A stretch of 32,000 bases of DNA from Candidatus Dwaynesavagella gallinarum (GTDB taxonomy: Bacteria > Bacillota > Clostridia > Clostridiales > Clostridiaceae), in assembly GCA_019120235.1 (NCBI GenBank), contig DWVN01000037.1, forward strand, positions 800 to 32,799, given 5' to 3'. The number at the start of each line of letters is the position of its first letter. Positions within the stretch are counted from its first letter, which is position 1. Positions 16,267 to 27,112 of the stretch are shown here, piece by piece. The notes below the pieces were generated by a model, which was not told the DNA's origin, ran no database searches, and was given only the letters and a program-made list of their open reading frames with translations. A program made the translations under genes and the position numbers.

Positions 16267-19200
16267 ATGTATAAAAAAGTTGATTCTAGTGTTTCTATGA
16301 GTGAAATAGATAAAAATATACTCGATTTTTGGGGAAAAAATAATATTGTAAGTAAAAATTTTGCATTAAATGAAGATGGTGAGTATTTTAGTTTTTATGA
16401 TGGTCCACCAACAGCTAATGGAAAGCCTCATATAGGTCATGTTATAACTCGTGTTATTAAGGATATAATTCCAAGATACAAAGTTATGAAAGGATATAAA
16501 GTTTTAAGAAAAGCAGGATGGGATACTCATGGTCTTCCTGTAGAGCTTGAAATTGAGAAAAAATTAAAAATATCTGGTAAAAAAGAAATTGAAGAATTTG
16601 GTGTTAGTAAATTTGTAAATGAATGTAAAGATAACGTTTTTAAATATGTTGAGATGTGGGAAGAGATGTCTAAAAAAATTGGATATTGGGTTGATATGGA
16701 GAATCCATATGTAACATATCACAACAATTATATAGAATCTGTTTGGTGGGCATTTAAGAAAATGTGGGAGAAAGATTTGCTTTATAAAGGTCATAAAATT
16801 CTTCCTTATTGCTCAAGATGTGGAACTGGTCTTTCCTCACATGAGGTTGCCCAAGGATATAAAGACGTTAAAGATAATACTGTTGTTGTTAAATTTAAAG
16901 TTAAAGGATTTGAAAATAAATACATTTTAGCTTGGACAACTACTCCTTGGACTCTTCCTTCAAATACTGCTCTTGCTATTAATAAATCTTACACTTATGT
17001 TGAAATTAAAGTGGAAGATGAAATTTTTATTTTAGCTAAGGATTTAATAAAGGTTTTAGGAGATATAGAATATGAAATTCTAAAAGAGTTTAAAGGGGAA
17101 GAAATTTTAAATTTTGAATATGAACAATTATTTTCTTATATAAAACCAGAGGGAAAAGGTTTTTATGTAGTTCATGGTGATTATGTAACTTTATCTGATG
17201 GTACTGGTATTGTACATATTGCGCCTGCTTTTGGTGAAGATGATAATAAACTTGGAAAAAAATATAATTTACCTTTTATAAATCCTGTAGATCTTCAAGG
17301 GAAATTTATAGATGAAATAACAGATTTCAAAGGTATGTTTGTAAAAGATTGTGATTTAAAAATTATAAAACTATTAGAAGACAAAAATAGTTTATTTAAA
17401 TCTGAAAAATATACTCACTCATACCCACATTGCTGGAGATGCGATACTCCACTTCTTTATTATCCAAAAGATAGTTGGTATGTTAAAACTACTGCTATTA
17501 GAGAAAATCTTTTGAAAAATAATAATGAGGTTTCTTGGTATCCTGATAATATTAGAACTGGAAGATTTGGAAAATTTTTAGAAAATGTAATAGATTGGAG
17601 TATTTCAAGGGATAGATATTGGGGAACTCCTCTTCCTATTTGGGAATGTAAATGCTCACATAGAGAATGTATTGGTTCTATCTCTGAGCTTAAAGAAAAG
17701 GGAATAAATGTTCCGGAAGATATTGAACTTCATAAACCATTTATTGATAATGTAAAACTTAAGTGTGAAAAATGTGGCGGTGAAATGGAGAGAACTAAAG
17801 AAGTTGTTGACTGTTGGTTTGACTCTGGAAGCATGCCCTTTGCACAATATCATTATCCTTTTGAAAATAAAGAATTATTTGAGAAAAATTTTCCAGCACA
17901 GTTTATATCAGAAGCTGTTGACCAAACAAGAGGATGGTTTTATACATTAATGGCTATTTCTACTGCGATTTTTGATAAAAGTCCTTTTGAAAATTGTATA
18001 GTTTTAGGTCATGTTCTAGATAAACATGGTAAAAAAATGTCAAAACATTTAGGAAATGTTGTAGATCCAAATGAAGTTATAGATTCTTTGGGAGCAGATG
18101 CTGTTAGATGGCATTTTTATACATCAAGTTATCCATGGCTTCCATCTAGATTTTCAGAAGATGATGTAAAAGAAGTTCATAGAAGATTTTTATCAACTTA
18201 TTGGAATGTTTATTCTTTTTACGTTTTGTATGCTAATTTAGATAAATTTGATCCTTCAAAACATAGAGATTTTAAAATTGTAAGCATTATGGATAAATGG
18301 ATATTATCTAAATTAAATACTTTGATTAAAGAGGTAGATTCTTTACTTGAATCTTATAAAATAACAAATGCTGCATTTAAAATTGAAACTTTTGTTGATG
18401 AGCTTTCAAATTGGTATGTTAGACGTAATAGATCCAGATATTGGATAGGTGGTGTAGATGAGGATAAAATAAGTGCATTTATGACTCTCTATATAGTTTT
18501 GGTTGATTTATCAAAATTATTGTCTCCATTTATTCCATTTATTACAGAAGAGATTTATCAAAATCTTGTTGTTAATATTGATAAAAATTCTCCAGAAAGT
18601 ATACATTTATGTAAATTTCCAATATGTAATGAAAATTTAATTGATAAAGATCTTGAAAAACATATGGATTTGGCTTATAAAATTGTAAAACTTGGAAGAA
18701 GTGCGAGAAATAATGCTAATATAAAAAATAGACAACCGCTTTATAAAATATTAGTTAGTGGGGAAAATTTAGAAATATATTATCATTCCATTATAAAAGA
18801 AGAATTGAATGTTAAAGAAATTGAATTTAATGCCGATATAAGCAAGTATGTTAATTTTGATATTAAACCTAATTTACCTATAATAGGTAAGGCTTATGGA
18901 AAACATATACCGACTATACGTAAATTTTTAAATGAAAGTGATCAAATGGATCTTGCTTTGAAATTAAATAAAGGTGAAAGTGTAGAGTTAAATCTAGGAG
19001 AAGAAAGTATTTTACTTAGTAAAGAAAATTTATTAATAAATATGAATGGACTTGAAGGGTATGCTTTTTCTGGAGAAGGATCTATAGGAGTTATACTTGA
19101 TACGAGTATAGATGAAACTTTGAAAGAAGAAGGATTTGTTAGAGAAATTATAAGTAAAATTCAAAATCTAAGAAAAGAAAAACGTTTTGAAGTAAGTGAT

Positions 19201-19377
19201 AAAATAAGAATTTATATAAAAAATAGTGAAAGTTTAATTAATGTCATTGAAAAGTATAAGGATAATATAAAAAAGGAAACTTTAACAGTTGATATATTAT
19301 TTGAAGAAAACAATTTAAATTATATTGATTTAAATATAAATGGAGAAATATTGACGTTAGATATTTTGAAAATATAA
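16267..19377 (+). CDS. ileS: Isoleucyl-tRNA synthetase
   Basis: [55 protein letters not shown] signatures; ATG 16267 with SD GGAGGAG. Confidence 0.97.
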   Translation: MYKKVDSSVSMSEIDKNILDFWGKNNIVSKNFALNEDGEYFSFYDGPPTANGKPHIGHVITRVIKDIIPRYKVMKGYKVLRKAGWDTHGLPVELEIEKKLKISGKKEIEEFGVSKFVNECKDNVFKYVEMWEEMSKKIGYWVDMENPYVTYHNNYIESVWWAFKKMWEKDLLYKGHKILPYCSRCGTGLSSHEVAQGYKDVKDNTVVVKFKVKGFENKYILAWTTTPWTLPSNTALAINKSYTYVEIKVEDEIFILAKDLIKVLGDIEYEILKEFKGEEILNFEYEQLFSYIKPEGKGFYVVHGDYVTLSDGTGIVHIAPAFGEDDNKLGKKYNLPFINPVDLQGKFIDEITDFKGMFVKDCDLKIIKLLEDKNSLFKSEKYTHSYPHCWRCDTPLLYYPKDSWYVKTTAIRENLLKNNNEVSWYPDNIRTGRFGKFLENVIDWSISRDRYWGTPLPIWECKCSHRECIGSISELKEKGINVPEDIELHKPFIDNVKLKCEKCGGEMERTKEVVDCWFDSGSMPFAQYHYPFENKELFEKNFPAQFISEAVDQTRGWFYTLMAISTAIFDKSPFENCIVLGHVLDKHGKKMSKHLGNVVDPNEVIDSLGADAVRWHFYTSSYPWLPSRFSEDDVKEVHRRFLSTYWNVYSFYVLYANLDKFDPSKHRDFKIVSIMDKWILSKLNTLIKEVDSLLESYKITNAAFKIETFVDELSNWYVRRNRSRYWIGGVDEDKISAFMTLYIVLVDLSKLLSPFIPFITEEIYQNLVVNIDKNSPESIHLCKFPICNENLIDKDLEKHMDLAYKIVKLGRSARNNANIKNRQPLYKILVSGENLEIYYHSIIKEELNVKEIEFNADISKYVNFDIKPNLPIIGKAYGKHIPTIRKFLNESDQMDLALKLNKGESVELNLGEESILLSKENLLINMNGLEGYAFSGEGSIGVILDTSIDETLKEEGFVREIISKIQNLRKEKRFEVSDKIRIYIKNSESLINVIEKYKDNIKKETLTVDILFEENNLNYIDLNINGEILTLDILKI

Positions 19378-19420
19378 AATTTTAAGAGAGGAGCAGTTAC
19401 TAAGTGTAGCAAATGTAGTT

Positions 19421-20419
19421 ATGGCTATTTCGATTAAAGATGTTGCAAGAGAAGCAAAAGTATCCATTGCAACTGTGTCTAGGGTTTTAAATGGAATTGA
19501 AGTTGTAAATGAAGAAACACAGAAAAGAGTTAGAGATGCTGTTGAGAAATTAGGGTATAGACCTAATATTATAGCTAGAAGTTTAAAGACTCAAAGAACA
19601 AGAACTATTGGTATTTTAATTCCTGATATTTCGAATTCTTTATACCCAGAGATAGTACGTGGGATTGAAGATGTTGCAAATATTTATAATTATAATATAA
19701 TTTTGTGTAATTCAGATTTGAATCTTGATAAAGAGAAAGAATATGTATATATACTAAAAGAAAAGATGGTAGATGGTTTACTTTTTATGAGTAATTCGTT
19801 AGATGAAGATGTTTTAAGTATTATACAAAAACTTAACATGAAAACTGTTTTAATTGAAACAAAGGTTGATAATAAAAATATTCCAAATATTACAATAAAC
19901 AATGTAGAAGCAGCTAAAGAGGCTGTTAATAAACTTATTTCAAATAAAAGAGATAGGATTTTGTATATAGGAGATCATAAAGATGTTTTAAATGCTTCTG
20001 CTTATAGATTTAAGGGATATACAGAAGCTTTACTTGAAAATAATTTAAAGATTTTAGATGAGCTTGTTTGTTTTTGTAAGCCGTTTTTAAACAATGGATA
20101 TGATTATGTACAAAAGAAGATATCTCAAGGTATTAATTTTAACGGAGTATTTTGTACGTGTGATGAATTAGCTATGGGAGCAATAAATGCTTTAAGAGAT
20201 AATAATATTAAAGTTCCAGAGGATTGTGAAGTTATAGGATTTAATAATACTTTAATGTCATCAGTATTTTACCCTAAATTAACAACAGTTGATCCTTTAA
20301 GTTATGATTTAGGATCAATAGGTATGAGAATGCTTTTAAAAATTATTAATAATGAGCATGTTGATAATTTAAATTACGTAGTATCACATAATTTAATAGA
20401 GAGAGAGAGCACAAGGTAA
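19421..20419 (+). CDS. LacI/CcpA-family transcriptional regulator
   Basis: SIKDVAREAKVSIATVSRVLNG HTH and a periplasmic-binding-like effector domain. Confidence 0.93.
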   Translation: MAISIKDVAREAKVSIATVSRVLNGIEVVNEETQKRVRDAVEKLGYRPNIIARSLKTQRTRTIGILIPDISNSLYPEIVRGIEDVANIYNYNIILCNSDLNLDKEKEYVYILKEKMVDGLLFMSNSLDEDVLSIIQKLNMKTVLIETKVDNKNIPNITINNVEAAKEAVNKLISNKRDRILYIGDHKDVLNASAYRFKGYTEALLENNLKILDELVCFCKPFLNNGYDYVQKKISQGINFNGVFCTCDELAMGAINALRDNNIKVPEDCEVIGFNNTLMSSVFYPKLTTVDPLSYDLGSIGMRMLLKIINNEHVDNLNYVVSHNLIERESTR

Positions 20420-20436
20420 TTGTGCTCTTTTTTTCT
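20404..20436 (+). terminator. Intrinsic terminator overlapping the 3' end of the LacI-family gene
   Basis: AGAGCACAA-GGTAA-TTGTGCTCTTTTTTT; the TAA stop is in the loop. Confidence 0.85.
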
Positions 20437-20499
20437 TTTTTAACATAAAAAGAGAATAAGAAAAATAAAATTATCTTAAAAGTTATTTGGGGTGATTAT

Positions 20500-21072
20500 T
20501 TGATAAATTATATTTGGTTTTTTATGATAGGATCTGGATTAATTGTTTCTTTAATTAATGGAAGTGGAGAAAAAATTACTAAAGCTATAACTGATTCAAC
20601 TTCTTCTACTGTAACATTTGTAATTTCTTTAGTGGGTATTATGTGTTTATGGTGTGGAATCATGAAAATTGCAGAAGAAAGTGGTCTTACAAATAAAATT
20701 TCTAAAATTTTAAAACCAATTTTAAAAATTTTATTTAAAGAAAAGAATAATGAAAAGGTTATGGGACCTGTGGTTATGAATTTAACTGCTAATATTTTAG
20801 GACTTGGAAATGCAGCAACTCCATTTGGTATAAAAGCTATGGAGGAACTTGATGTTGTTAATGAAAAAAAGGGGATTGCTTCTAATGATATGGCGCTTTT
20901 TTTAGTGTTAAATGCCAATTGTATTCAATTATTTCCAACAACAATTTTATCTATTAGAGCTATTGAGGGGTCTTCTAATCATGGAGTAGTTATGGTTGGA
21001 ATTATTACTACAACTTTTTTAACCAGTATAATTTCAGTTATTATTTGTAAAATTCTTCAAAGAATTTTTTAA
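20500..21072 (+). CDS. spmA: Spore maturation protein A
   Basis: GSGEKITKAI...LWCGIMKIAEESGL...NLTANILGLGNAATPFGIKAMEEL; TTG start with SD GGGGTG. Confidence 0.9.
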   Translation: MINYIWFFMIGSGLIVSLINGSGEKITKAITDSTSSTVTFVISLVGIMCLWCGIMKIAEESGLTNKISKILKPILKILFKEKNNEKVMGPVVMNLTANILGLGNAATPFGIKAMEELDVVNEKKGIASNDMALFLVLNANCIQLFPTTILSIRAIEGSSNHGVVMVGIITTTFLTSIISVIICKILQRIF

Positions 21073-21086
21073 TTGGAGGTGAGAAA

Positions 21087-21611
21087 ATGTCATTAATATC
21101 ATCTTCATTTATTCCAATTATTATTTTGTTTATAGTAAGTTATGGTGTGTTTAAGAAAGTTAAGGTTTATGAAGTATTTGTTGAAGGAGCTAAAGATGGG
21201 CTTAAAATATGTAAAAATATTTTTCCTTATCTTTTATGTATGCTTTTAGCTATAAAAGTTTTTAGAGAATCTGGCATACTTGAGTACATAATTAATTTTA
21301 TTGAACCGTTTACAAATGTTTTGGGAGTACCAAAAGAAGTTATAACTCAAATTTTTATAAAACCTTTATCAGGTAGTGGAGCACTTGGAATTTTTACAGA
21401 TAATATAAAGAATTTTGGTCCAGATTCATTTTTAGGTGTATTATCTTCTGTTTTAATGGGATCTACTGAAACTATATTTTATACTATTGCTCTTTATTTT
21501 GGGACGGTAAAAATAAAAAAAATAAGACATACACTTTGGACTGCTATTTTATCTGAAATAATTGGAGTTATACTCGCTATAAATATTACAAAAATAATAT
21601 TTTTTAATTAA
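21087..21611 (+). CDS. spmB: Spore maturation protein B
   Basis: Nucleoside-recognition-like: FVEGAKDGLKICKNIFPYLLCMLLAIKVFRESG...KPLSGSGALG...STETIFYTIALYFG. Confidence 0.92.
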   Translation: MSLISSSFIPIIILFIVSYGVFKKVKVYEVFVEGAKDGLKICKNIFPYLLCMLLAIKVFRESGILEYIINFIEPFTNVLGVPKEVITQIFIKPLSGSGALGIFTDNIKNFGPDSFLGVLSSVLMGSTETIFYTIALYFGTVKIKKIRHTLWTAILSEIIGVILAINITKIIFFN

Positions 21612-21700
21612 CATAAAAAATAAATAAAATGAATAAATTTTTATTAAGGTTTTTTAATATATTATACGAAGGAGAATTAATTTAAGGAGTTGTATTCTTC

Positions 21701-21898
21701 TTGAGAATAGTAAAAGGTTTTTTAATGATAGTCGGTTTACTTACATGTTTTATAGGAGTTGAACCAGTACAACAATTTTTAACAAGTGGAAGAGAATTAC
21801 TTGTTACATTTATTATAAAAATATTTCAAACTACAATATCATGTTTTATATTAATGTCTTTTGTATCATTTAGTATGAGAAGAGTATTAGGAGTTTGA
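21701..21898 (+). CDS. Small hydrophobic protein, 65 aa, unknown
   Basis: TTG start with SD AAGGAG; two predicted hydrophobic segments; abuts the next gene. Confidence 0.5.
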   Translation: MRIVKGFLMIVGLLTCFIGVEPVQQFLTSGRELLVTFIIKIFQTTISCFILMSFVSFSMRRVLGV

Positions 21899-21899
21899 T

Positions 21900-22550
21900 A
21901 TGAATAATAGTGGATTACAAGTAATTAAAAATGAAAATTTTAATGTGCATTCAAGAATAAATGGTGAACAATCAAAGAAGAAAAAATATTTAATAAGATT
22001 TACGATTTTTATAATTCTATCTCTTACTATATTTGGTGGAATATTTTTTATTAAAGATAAATTTGAAAATGTTAAGAGTTTTGAAGAAAATCTAAATTTT
22101 CAAAAACAAAAACTGGCAGAAGAAAGACTTTCTATGGAAAAAACTTTTAAAGAAGAAAATGACAAACTTTTGAAATTACAACTTGAATATGAAGAGAAGA
22201 ATAAGCAATTAAATGAAACTTTAAACTTTCTTAAGGTTAAGGAAGAAACTTTAGATTCTGAAATTTTAAAAGTTGAAGAACTTAAAGAACTATTAAAAAA
22301 ACAACTTGTTGATATATATGGTTTAAATATAGATAGGAAATATGATAATAAAACTGTTGAAAATGATGAAACAAAAAATTCTAGTAGTGGTTTATTAGAA
22401 GAAGAAAATGGAAATGAAGCTATACATACAAGTATAATGGCTGGAGAGGATAAGGCAGATGATAAAGTTATTGATCAGGAAAAAATGCTTAGTATTGCAA
22501 ATGCAGATTGGTTTATAAAATTTGATTCTCTAGGAAAGTTTAGTTATTAA
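21900..22550 (+). CDS. Single-pass membrane protein with long coiled-coil, unknown
   Basis: TM segment YLIRFTIFIILSLTIFGGIFFI followed by a Glu/Lys/Leu-rich coiled-coil-like region. Confidence 0.65.
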   Translation: MNNSGLQVIKNENFNVHSRINGEQSKKKKYLIRFTIFIILSLTIFGGIFFIKDKFENVKSFEENLNFQKQKLAEERLSMEKTFKEENDKLLKLQLEYEEKNKQLNETLNFLKVKEETLDSEILKVEELKELLKKQLVDIYGLNIDRKYDNKTVENDETKNSSSGLLEEENGNEAIHTSIMAGEDKADDKVIDQEKMLSIANADWFIKFDSLGKFSY

Positions 22551-22567
22551 TATTTAAGGTGGTTTGT

Positions 22568-22696
22568 ATGATATCTTTAAGAGATATAAAAAACGATATA
22601 GAACAAGGGTTGCGTGAAATGAGTGCAAAGGAAAGGCTTCAATTTTATGTAACAGTAGGTATTGGATTGTTTTTTATATTAGCAGTTATATTTTAA
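22568..22696 (+). CDS. Small membrane protein, 42 aa, unknown
   Basis: Not in the ORF track. MISLRDIKNDIEQGLREMSAKERLQFYVTVGIGLFFILAVIF; SD AAGGTGG; ends immediately before the terminator. Confidence 0.55.
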   Translation: MISLRDIKNDIEQGLREMSAKERLQFYVTVGIGLFFILAVIF

Positions 22697-22731
22697 AAAG
22701 GCATAGGTTTTTCTATGCCTTTTATTTTTTG
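22695..22731. terminator. Bidirectional terminator between the small membrane-protein cluster and folE
   Basis: AAAAGGCATAG-GTTTTT-CTATGCCTTTTATTTTTT. Confidence 0.88.
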
Positions 22732-23252
22732 TATACAAATTCTGTTTCTGTATAAGAACTGGTTTTTGAAATTCCTCTCATAGTCATACACATATGAGAT
22801 GCTTTTATATGAACTTTTACATAATCGCAATTTAAATATTTAACTATTGTTTCCCCTATTTGCTTAGTTAATTTTTCTTGAACTTGGAGTCTTTTTGAAA
22901 AGGCGTTTACTAGTCTACCGAATTTTGATAATCCTAGTATTTCTTCTTTTGGAATATATTCAATGTTAACGTGTCCAAAAAATGGTAGAAGATGATGTTC
23001 GCATAATGAAAAAAATTCAATTGAATTAATTTTTACGATATCCTTTGAATGATTATGTAATTTGAATTTTTTACTCATTATTTCTTCAATATTTTCATTA
23101 TATCCATTTAAAATTTCCCTAAGTGATTTTGAAACTCTTTTTGGAGTATCTATTAAGCCTTCTCTATTTAAATCTTCTCCAATTTCTTTTAATATGGTTT
23201 TAACCGCATTTTCTAAATTTATGTTTTTATCCAAATAATCACCTCTAATCAA
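22722..23252 (-). CDS. folE: GTP cyclohydrolase I
   Basis: EFFSLCEHHLLPFFGHVNIEYIP, GLSKFGRLVNAFSKRLQVQEKLTKQI, MTMRGISK. Confidence 0.96.
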   Translation of the reverse strand: MIRGDYLDKNINLENAVKTILKEIGEDLNREGLIDTPKRVSKSLREILNGYNENIEEIMSKKFKLHNHSKDIVKINSIEFFSLCEHHLLPFFGHVNIEYIPKEEILGLSKFGRLVNAFSKRLQVQEKLTKQIGETIVKYLNCDYVKVHIKASHMCMTMRGISKTSSYTETEFVYKK

Positions 23253-23577
23253 TTTCGTATATTGCTAAATTATTTTCAGTTTCATAAACTTCAACTTTAT
23301 AACAATTAGTAATTTCATGACATATCCATCTTGCTAAATTTTCAGCTGTAGGATGGAAGTTTAAAACTTCATTTATATTTTTGTGATCTAGTTTATTATG
23401 TATTTTAGATTTTATCTCTTTAAAATCTACAACCATATCATTTTTATTTAAATTTTTAGATTTACAGTGAATGTATATTACGTAGTTATGTCCATGAAGA
23501 TTGTTACAAGGTGTCTCGTAAGGAAGATTTAAATTATGGGAACAAGATAACATAATTCGTTTTCTTACGTAAAACAT
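23245..23577 (-). CDS. queD: 6-carboxytetrahydropterin synthase / 6-pyruvoyl-tetrahydropterin synthase-like
   Basis: SCSHNL..., CNNLHGHNYVIYI, MVVDFKEIK, DHKNINE...HPTAENLARWI; overlaps folE. Confidence 0.87.
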   Translation of the reverse strand: MFYVRKRIMLSCSHNLNLPYETPCNNLHGHNYVIYIHCKSKNLNKNDMVVDFKEIKSKIHNKLDHKNINEVLNFHPTAENLARWICHEITNCYKVEVYETENNLAIYEID

Positions 23578-23675
23578 TTTAATACCTCCTTTAGTTTATA
23601 TTATAAAAAAATATTTTAAGACATGCTATAATGTAATAGTATTTAGTTAACAGTAAAAATTTGGAGGATAATTTT

Positions 23676-24866
23676 ATGTCAAATAAAACTCTTAATTTAT
23701 TTTTGGAAGATTCTTTAAATTCTTTGAAAAAAGATGGATTATACAATGAGATACAAATTTTAAATGGTTCAAATGAAAGTGTAATAAATATAGATGGGAA
23801 AAAATTTATAAATTTATCATCAAATAACTATTTGGGATTTACAACTCACAAAACTATAATGGAAAAATCTATAGAAGCTATAGAAAAATATGGTGTTGGT
23901 GCTGGTGCTGTTAGAACTATAAATGGAACACTTTTAATTCATGATAAGCTTGAAAAAGAAATTGCAAATTTTAAAGGAACAGAAGATGCGATTGCATTTC
24001 AATCTGGTTTTAATTGTAATATAGGAGTTATTTCTTCTGTTATGATGAAAGGAGATTGTATATTTTCAGATGAATTAAATCATGCATCGATTATAGATGG
24101 TTGTAGGTTATCTGGTGCTAAAATTGTAAGATATAAACACAATGATATGAAAGATTTAGAGGAAAAAATATTAGAAGTAAAAAATAGTTTTGATTTTAAC
24201 AAAGGTATGATTATAACAGATGGAGTTTTTTCTATGGATGGAGATGTTGTAAACTTACCTGAACTTGTTAAAGTTGCTGAAAAATATGATTTAATAACTT
24301 ATGTTGATGATTCCCATGGAACAGGAGTTATGGGAAATGGTGCTGGTACTTGTAAGCATTTTTCACTTCAAGATAAAATTGATTTTCAAATGGGAACATT
24401 ATCTAAAGCAATAGGTGTTGTTGGAGGGTATGTTGCTGGAAGTAAACTTTTAATAGATTATTTAAAAGTTAAGGCTAGACCATTTTTATTTTCTACATCT
24501 TTAACACCAGCTAGTGCAGCTGCAGCACTTGAAGCTATAAGAATATTAAATTTTAGTATTGAACCAGTACAAAGGCTTTGGGAAAATGGAAATTATTTTA
24601 AAAGAGGACTTAAAAATTTAGGATTTAATATAGGAAAAAGTGAGACTCCTATAACTCCATGTATAATAGGTGATGAAAATAAAACTCAAGCCTTTTCTAA
24701 GAAATTATTTGAAAATGGAGTTTATGCTAAAGCTATAGTTTTTCCAACTGTTTCAAAAGGAACTGGAAGAATAAGAAATATGCCTACAGCTCAGCATTCT
24801 AAAGATATTTTAGATGAAGCTTTAAGTATATATGAGAAAATTGGAAAAGAATTAGAAGTTATATAA
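23676..24866 (+). CDS. kbl: Glycine C-acetyltransferase (2-amino-3-ketobutyrate CoA ligase)
   Basis: [50 protein letters not shown]; next gene is threonine dehydrogenase. ATG 23676 with SD GGAGG. Confidence 0.9.
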   Translation: MSNKTLNLFLEDSLNSLKKDGLYNEIQILNGSNESVINIDGKKFINLSSNNYLGFTTHKTIMEKSIEAIEKYGVGAGAVRTINGTLLIHDKLEKEIANFKGTEDAIAFQSGFNCNIGVISSVMMKGDCIFSDELNHASIIDGCRLSGAKIVRYKHNDMKDLEEKILEVKNSFDFNKGMIITDGVFSMDGDVVNLPELVKVAEKYDLITYVDDSHGTGVMGNGAGTCKHFSLQDKIDFQMGTLSKAIGVVGGYVAGSKLLIDYLKVKARPFLFSTSLTPASAAAALEAIRILNFSIEPVQRLWENGNYFKRGLKNLGFNIGKSETPITPCIIGDENKTQAFSKKLFENGVYAKAIVFPTVSKGTGRIRNMPTAQHSKDILDEALSIYEKIGKELEVI

Positions 24867-24891
24867 ATTTACATTATGGAAGGTTTTAAAA

Positions 24892-25839
24892 ATGAAAAAA
24901 ATATTAATTACTGGATCTCTTGGACAAATTGGAAGTGAATTAACTCTTAAACTAAGAAAAGAATATGGAATTTCTAATGTTATTTCAACTGATATTAAAA
25001 GTGTAGATAATGAAATTACAGGTGATGGGATTTTTCATATTTTGGATGTTTTAGATGGAGATAAAATTTTTGAAGTATCTAAAAAATATGGAGTTGATAC
25101 TATAATACATCTTGCAGCCCTTTTATCTGCAAATGGGGAGAAAAATCCTAAAAATACTTGGAACATTAATATGGGAAGTATTTTAAACTGTTTAGAAGTT
25201 TGCCGTGAACTGAACTTAAAATTATTTGTTCCAAGCTCCATAGCTGTATTTGGAAATACAACTCCTAAAGATAATACGCCTCAAAATACTATTATGAAAC
25301 CAAATACTATGTATGGTATTACAAAAGTTTCAGGAGAACTTCTTTGTGATTATTATTTTGAAAAATTTGGTGTAGACGCAAGAGGTGTTCGTTTTCCAGG
25401 ACTTATTTCTTATATGACTCTTCCTGGAGGAGGAACTACGGATTATGCTGTTGAAATTTATTATAAGGCTATTTGTGATAAAAAATATAAATGTTATATA
25501 GATGAAAATACTTATATGGATATGATGTATATGCCAGATGCATTAAATTCTATAGTAAGTTTAATGGAAGCAGATAAAGGAAAGCTTATAAATAGAAATG
25601 CTTACAATATTAGCTCTATGAGTTTTTCTCCAAAAGAAATTTATAGCGAAATTAAAAAGCACATTAAAGATTTTGAAATTGAGTATGAAGTAGATCCTGT
25701 TAGACAAAAAATTGCAGAGAGTTGGCCAAACTCTATTGATAGTTCTTGTGCAAAGGATGAATGGGGATTTAAATTTGAGTATGATTTAAATAAAATGACA
25801 ATTGATATGATTGATAAAATTTCTAAGAAAATTAAATAA
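24892..25839 (+). CDS. NAD-dependent epimerase/dehydratase-type L-threonine 3-dehydrogenase
   Basis: ITGSLGQIGSELTLKLR...; YGITKVSGELLCDYY..GVDARGVRFPGLISY; directly downstream of kbl. Confidence 0.87.
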   Translation: MKKILITGSLGQIGSELTLKLRKEYGISNVISTDIKSVDNEITGDGIFHILDVLDGDKIFEVSKKYGVDTIIHLAALLSANGEKNPKNTWNINMGSILNCLEVCRELNLKLFVPSSIAVFGNTTPKDNTPQNTIMKPNTMYGITKVSGELLCDYYFEKFGVDARGVRFPGLISYMTLPGGGTTDYAVEIYYKAICDKKYKCYIDENTYMDMMYMPDALNSIVSLMEADKGKLINRNAYNISSMSFSPKEIYSEIKKHIKDFEIEYEVDPVRQKIAESWPNSIDSSCAKDEWGFKFEYDLNKMTIDMIDKISKKIK

Positions 25840-25850
25840 GGAGGGAATTT

Positions 25851-27098
25851 ATGAAAAATATTTATTTATTAAGAAGAAATAATGTATCAAATACCATGAG
25901 AAATGGTGATATGTGCATTATTTTTTCTGGTAAAGAAATAAGACTTAGTAGGGATCAAAATTATGATTTTAATGTAAATAAGAATTTTTTTTATTTAACA
26001 GGACTTAAAAATGAAAATTTAATTCTTTTTATGAAAAAAATAAATGGTGAAATAAAGTCTACGCTTTTTATTGAAAATAGAGATAAAGATAAAATAAAAT
26101 GGGTGGGAAAAACTATTTTAAAAGATGAGGCTATTTCTATAAGTTCTGTTGAAGAAGTAGAGTACTTAGATGAATTTGATACTTTTTTAAATAAAATATT
26201 TTTAGAAGAAGAGAGTCCAACTGTTTATTTTGATTTTGATCGTGATGATTATAGACATGATGTTTTATATTCTGAAAACTATGTTAATAATTTAAAACTT
26301 AAGTATCCAAACTTAGTAATTAAAAATATTTATCCTATTTTATCAAATTTGAGAATGGTAAAAGATGAAGTTGAAATTTTAAAAATTAGAGAATCTATTG
26401 ATATTACAAAAGTCGGTATTATAAATATTTTGAAAAATTTGAAACCTAATATGTATGAATACCAAATAGAGTCATATTTCGATTTTATGATTAAATATAG
26501 TGGAGCTGAGAATACTTCCTTTAAATCTATAGTAGCATCAGGAGAGAATGCAACAATTTTACATTATATAGAAAATGATAGTAAGATTAAAGATGGAGAT
26601 TTAGTTTTATTTGATTTGGGAGCAGAAAAAGATTGTTATAAAGCGGATATATCTCGTACTTTTCCATCAAATGGTAAATTTTCAGAAAGACAAAAAGAAT
26701 TATATAACATAGTGTTAAATGCTCAACTTAAAGTAATTGAAGCTATTTGTCCAGGTGTTACTCAAAAAGAATTAAATGAAATTGCAAAAGAGAATTTATA
26801 TTTAGGACTTAAAAAAATTGGAAAAATAAATGAGCGTGATGAAATTTCTAAATATTATTATCACGGTATAGGTCATTTATTAGGACTTGATACTCATGAT
26901 GTTGGAGGAAGAGATTTTGTTTATAAAGAAGGTATGGTTGTAACAGTTGAGCCAGGTCTTTACATAGAAGATGAAAAAATAGGTATTAGAATAGAAGATA
27001 ATGTTTTGGTTACAAAAGATGGTCATGAAGTATTATCGAAAGGTATAATTAAAACCGTTGAAGAAATTGAAGAATTTATAGAAAAAAATAGACAATAA
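25851..27098 (+). CDS. pepP: M24-family Xaa-Pro aminopeptidase
   Basis: AMP_N-like N-terminus; DLGAEKDCYKADISRTFPSNGKF, YYHGIGHLLGLDTHDVGG, VVTVEPGLYI, GIRIEDNVLV metal ligands. Confidence 0.88.
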   Translation: MKNIYLLRRNNVSNTMRNGDMCIIFSGKEIRLSRDQNYDFNVNKNFFYLTGLKNENLILFMKKINGEIKSTLFIENRDKDKIKWVGKTILKDEAISISSVEEVEYLDEFDTFLNKIFLEEESPTVYFDFDRDDYRHDVLYSENYVNNLKLKYPNLVIKNIYPILSNLRMVKDEVEILKIRESIDITKVGIINILKNLKPNMYEYQIESYFDFMIKYSGAENTSFKSIVASGENATILHYIENDSKIKDGDLVLFDLGAEKDCYKADISRTFPSNGKFSERQKELYNIVLNAQLKVIEAICPGVTQKELNEIAKENLYLGLKKIGKINERDEISKYYYHGIGHLLGLDTHDVGGRDFVYKEGMVVTVEPGLYIEDEKIGIRIEDNVLVTKDGHEVLSKGIIKTVEEIEEFIEKNRQ

Positions 27099-27112
27099 AA
27101 ATTGGAGGTATA

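Noticed and set aside
16564-17950. Small ORFs within ileS (16564..16794 -, 17656..17853 -, 17765..17950 +)
   Set aside because: All nested in ileS, a strongly conserved CDS; no independent initiation signals.
19690-20918. Antisense ORFs opposite the LacI-family gene (19690..19902) and spmA (20508..20918)
   Set aside because: Shadow ORFs inside confident genes; no recognisable protein features.
25035-25241. Antisense ORF within threonine dehydrogenase
   Set aside because: Nested in a conserved gene with no supporting signals.
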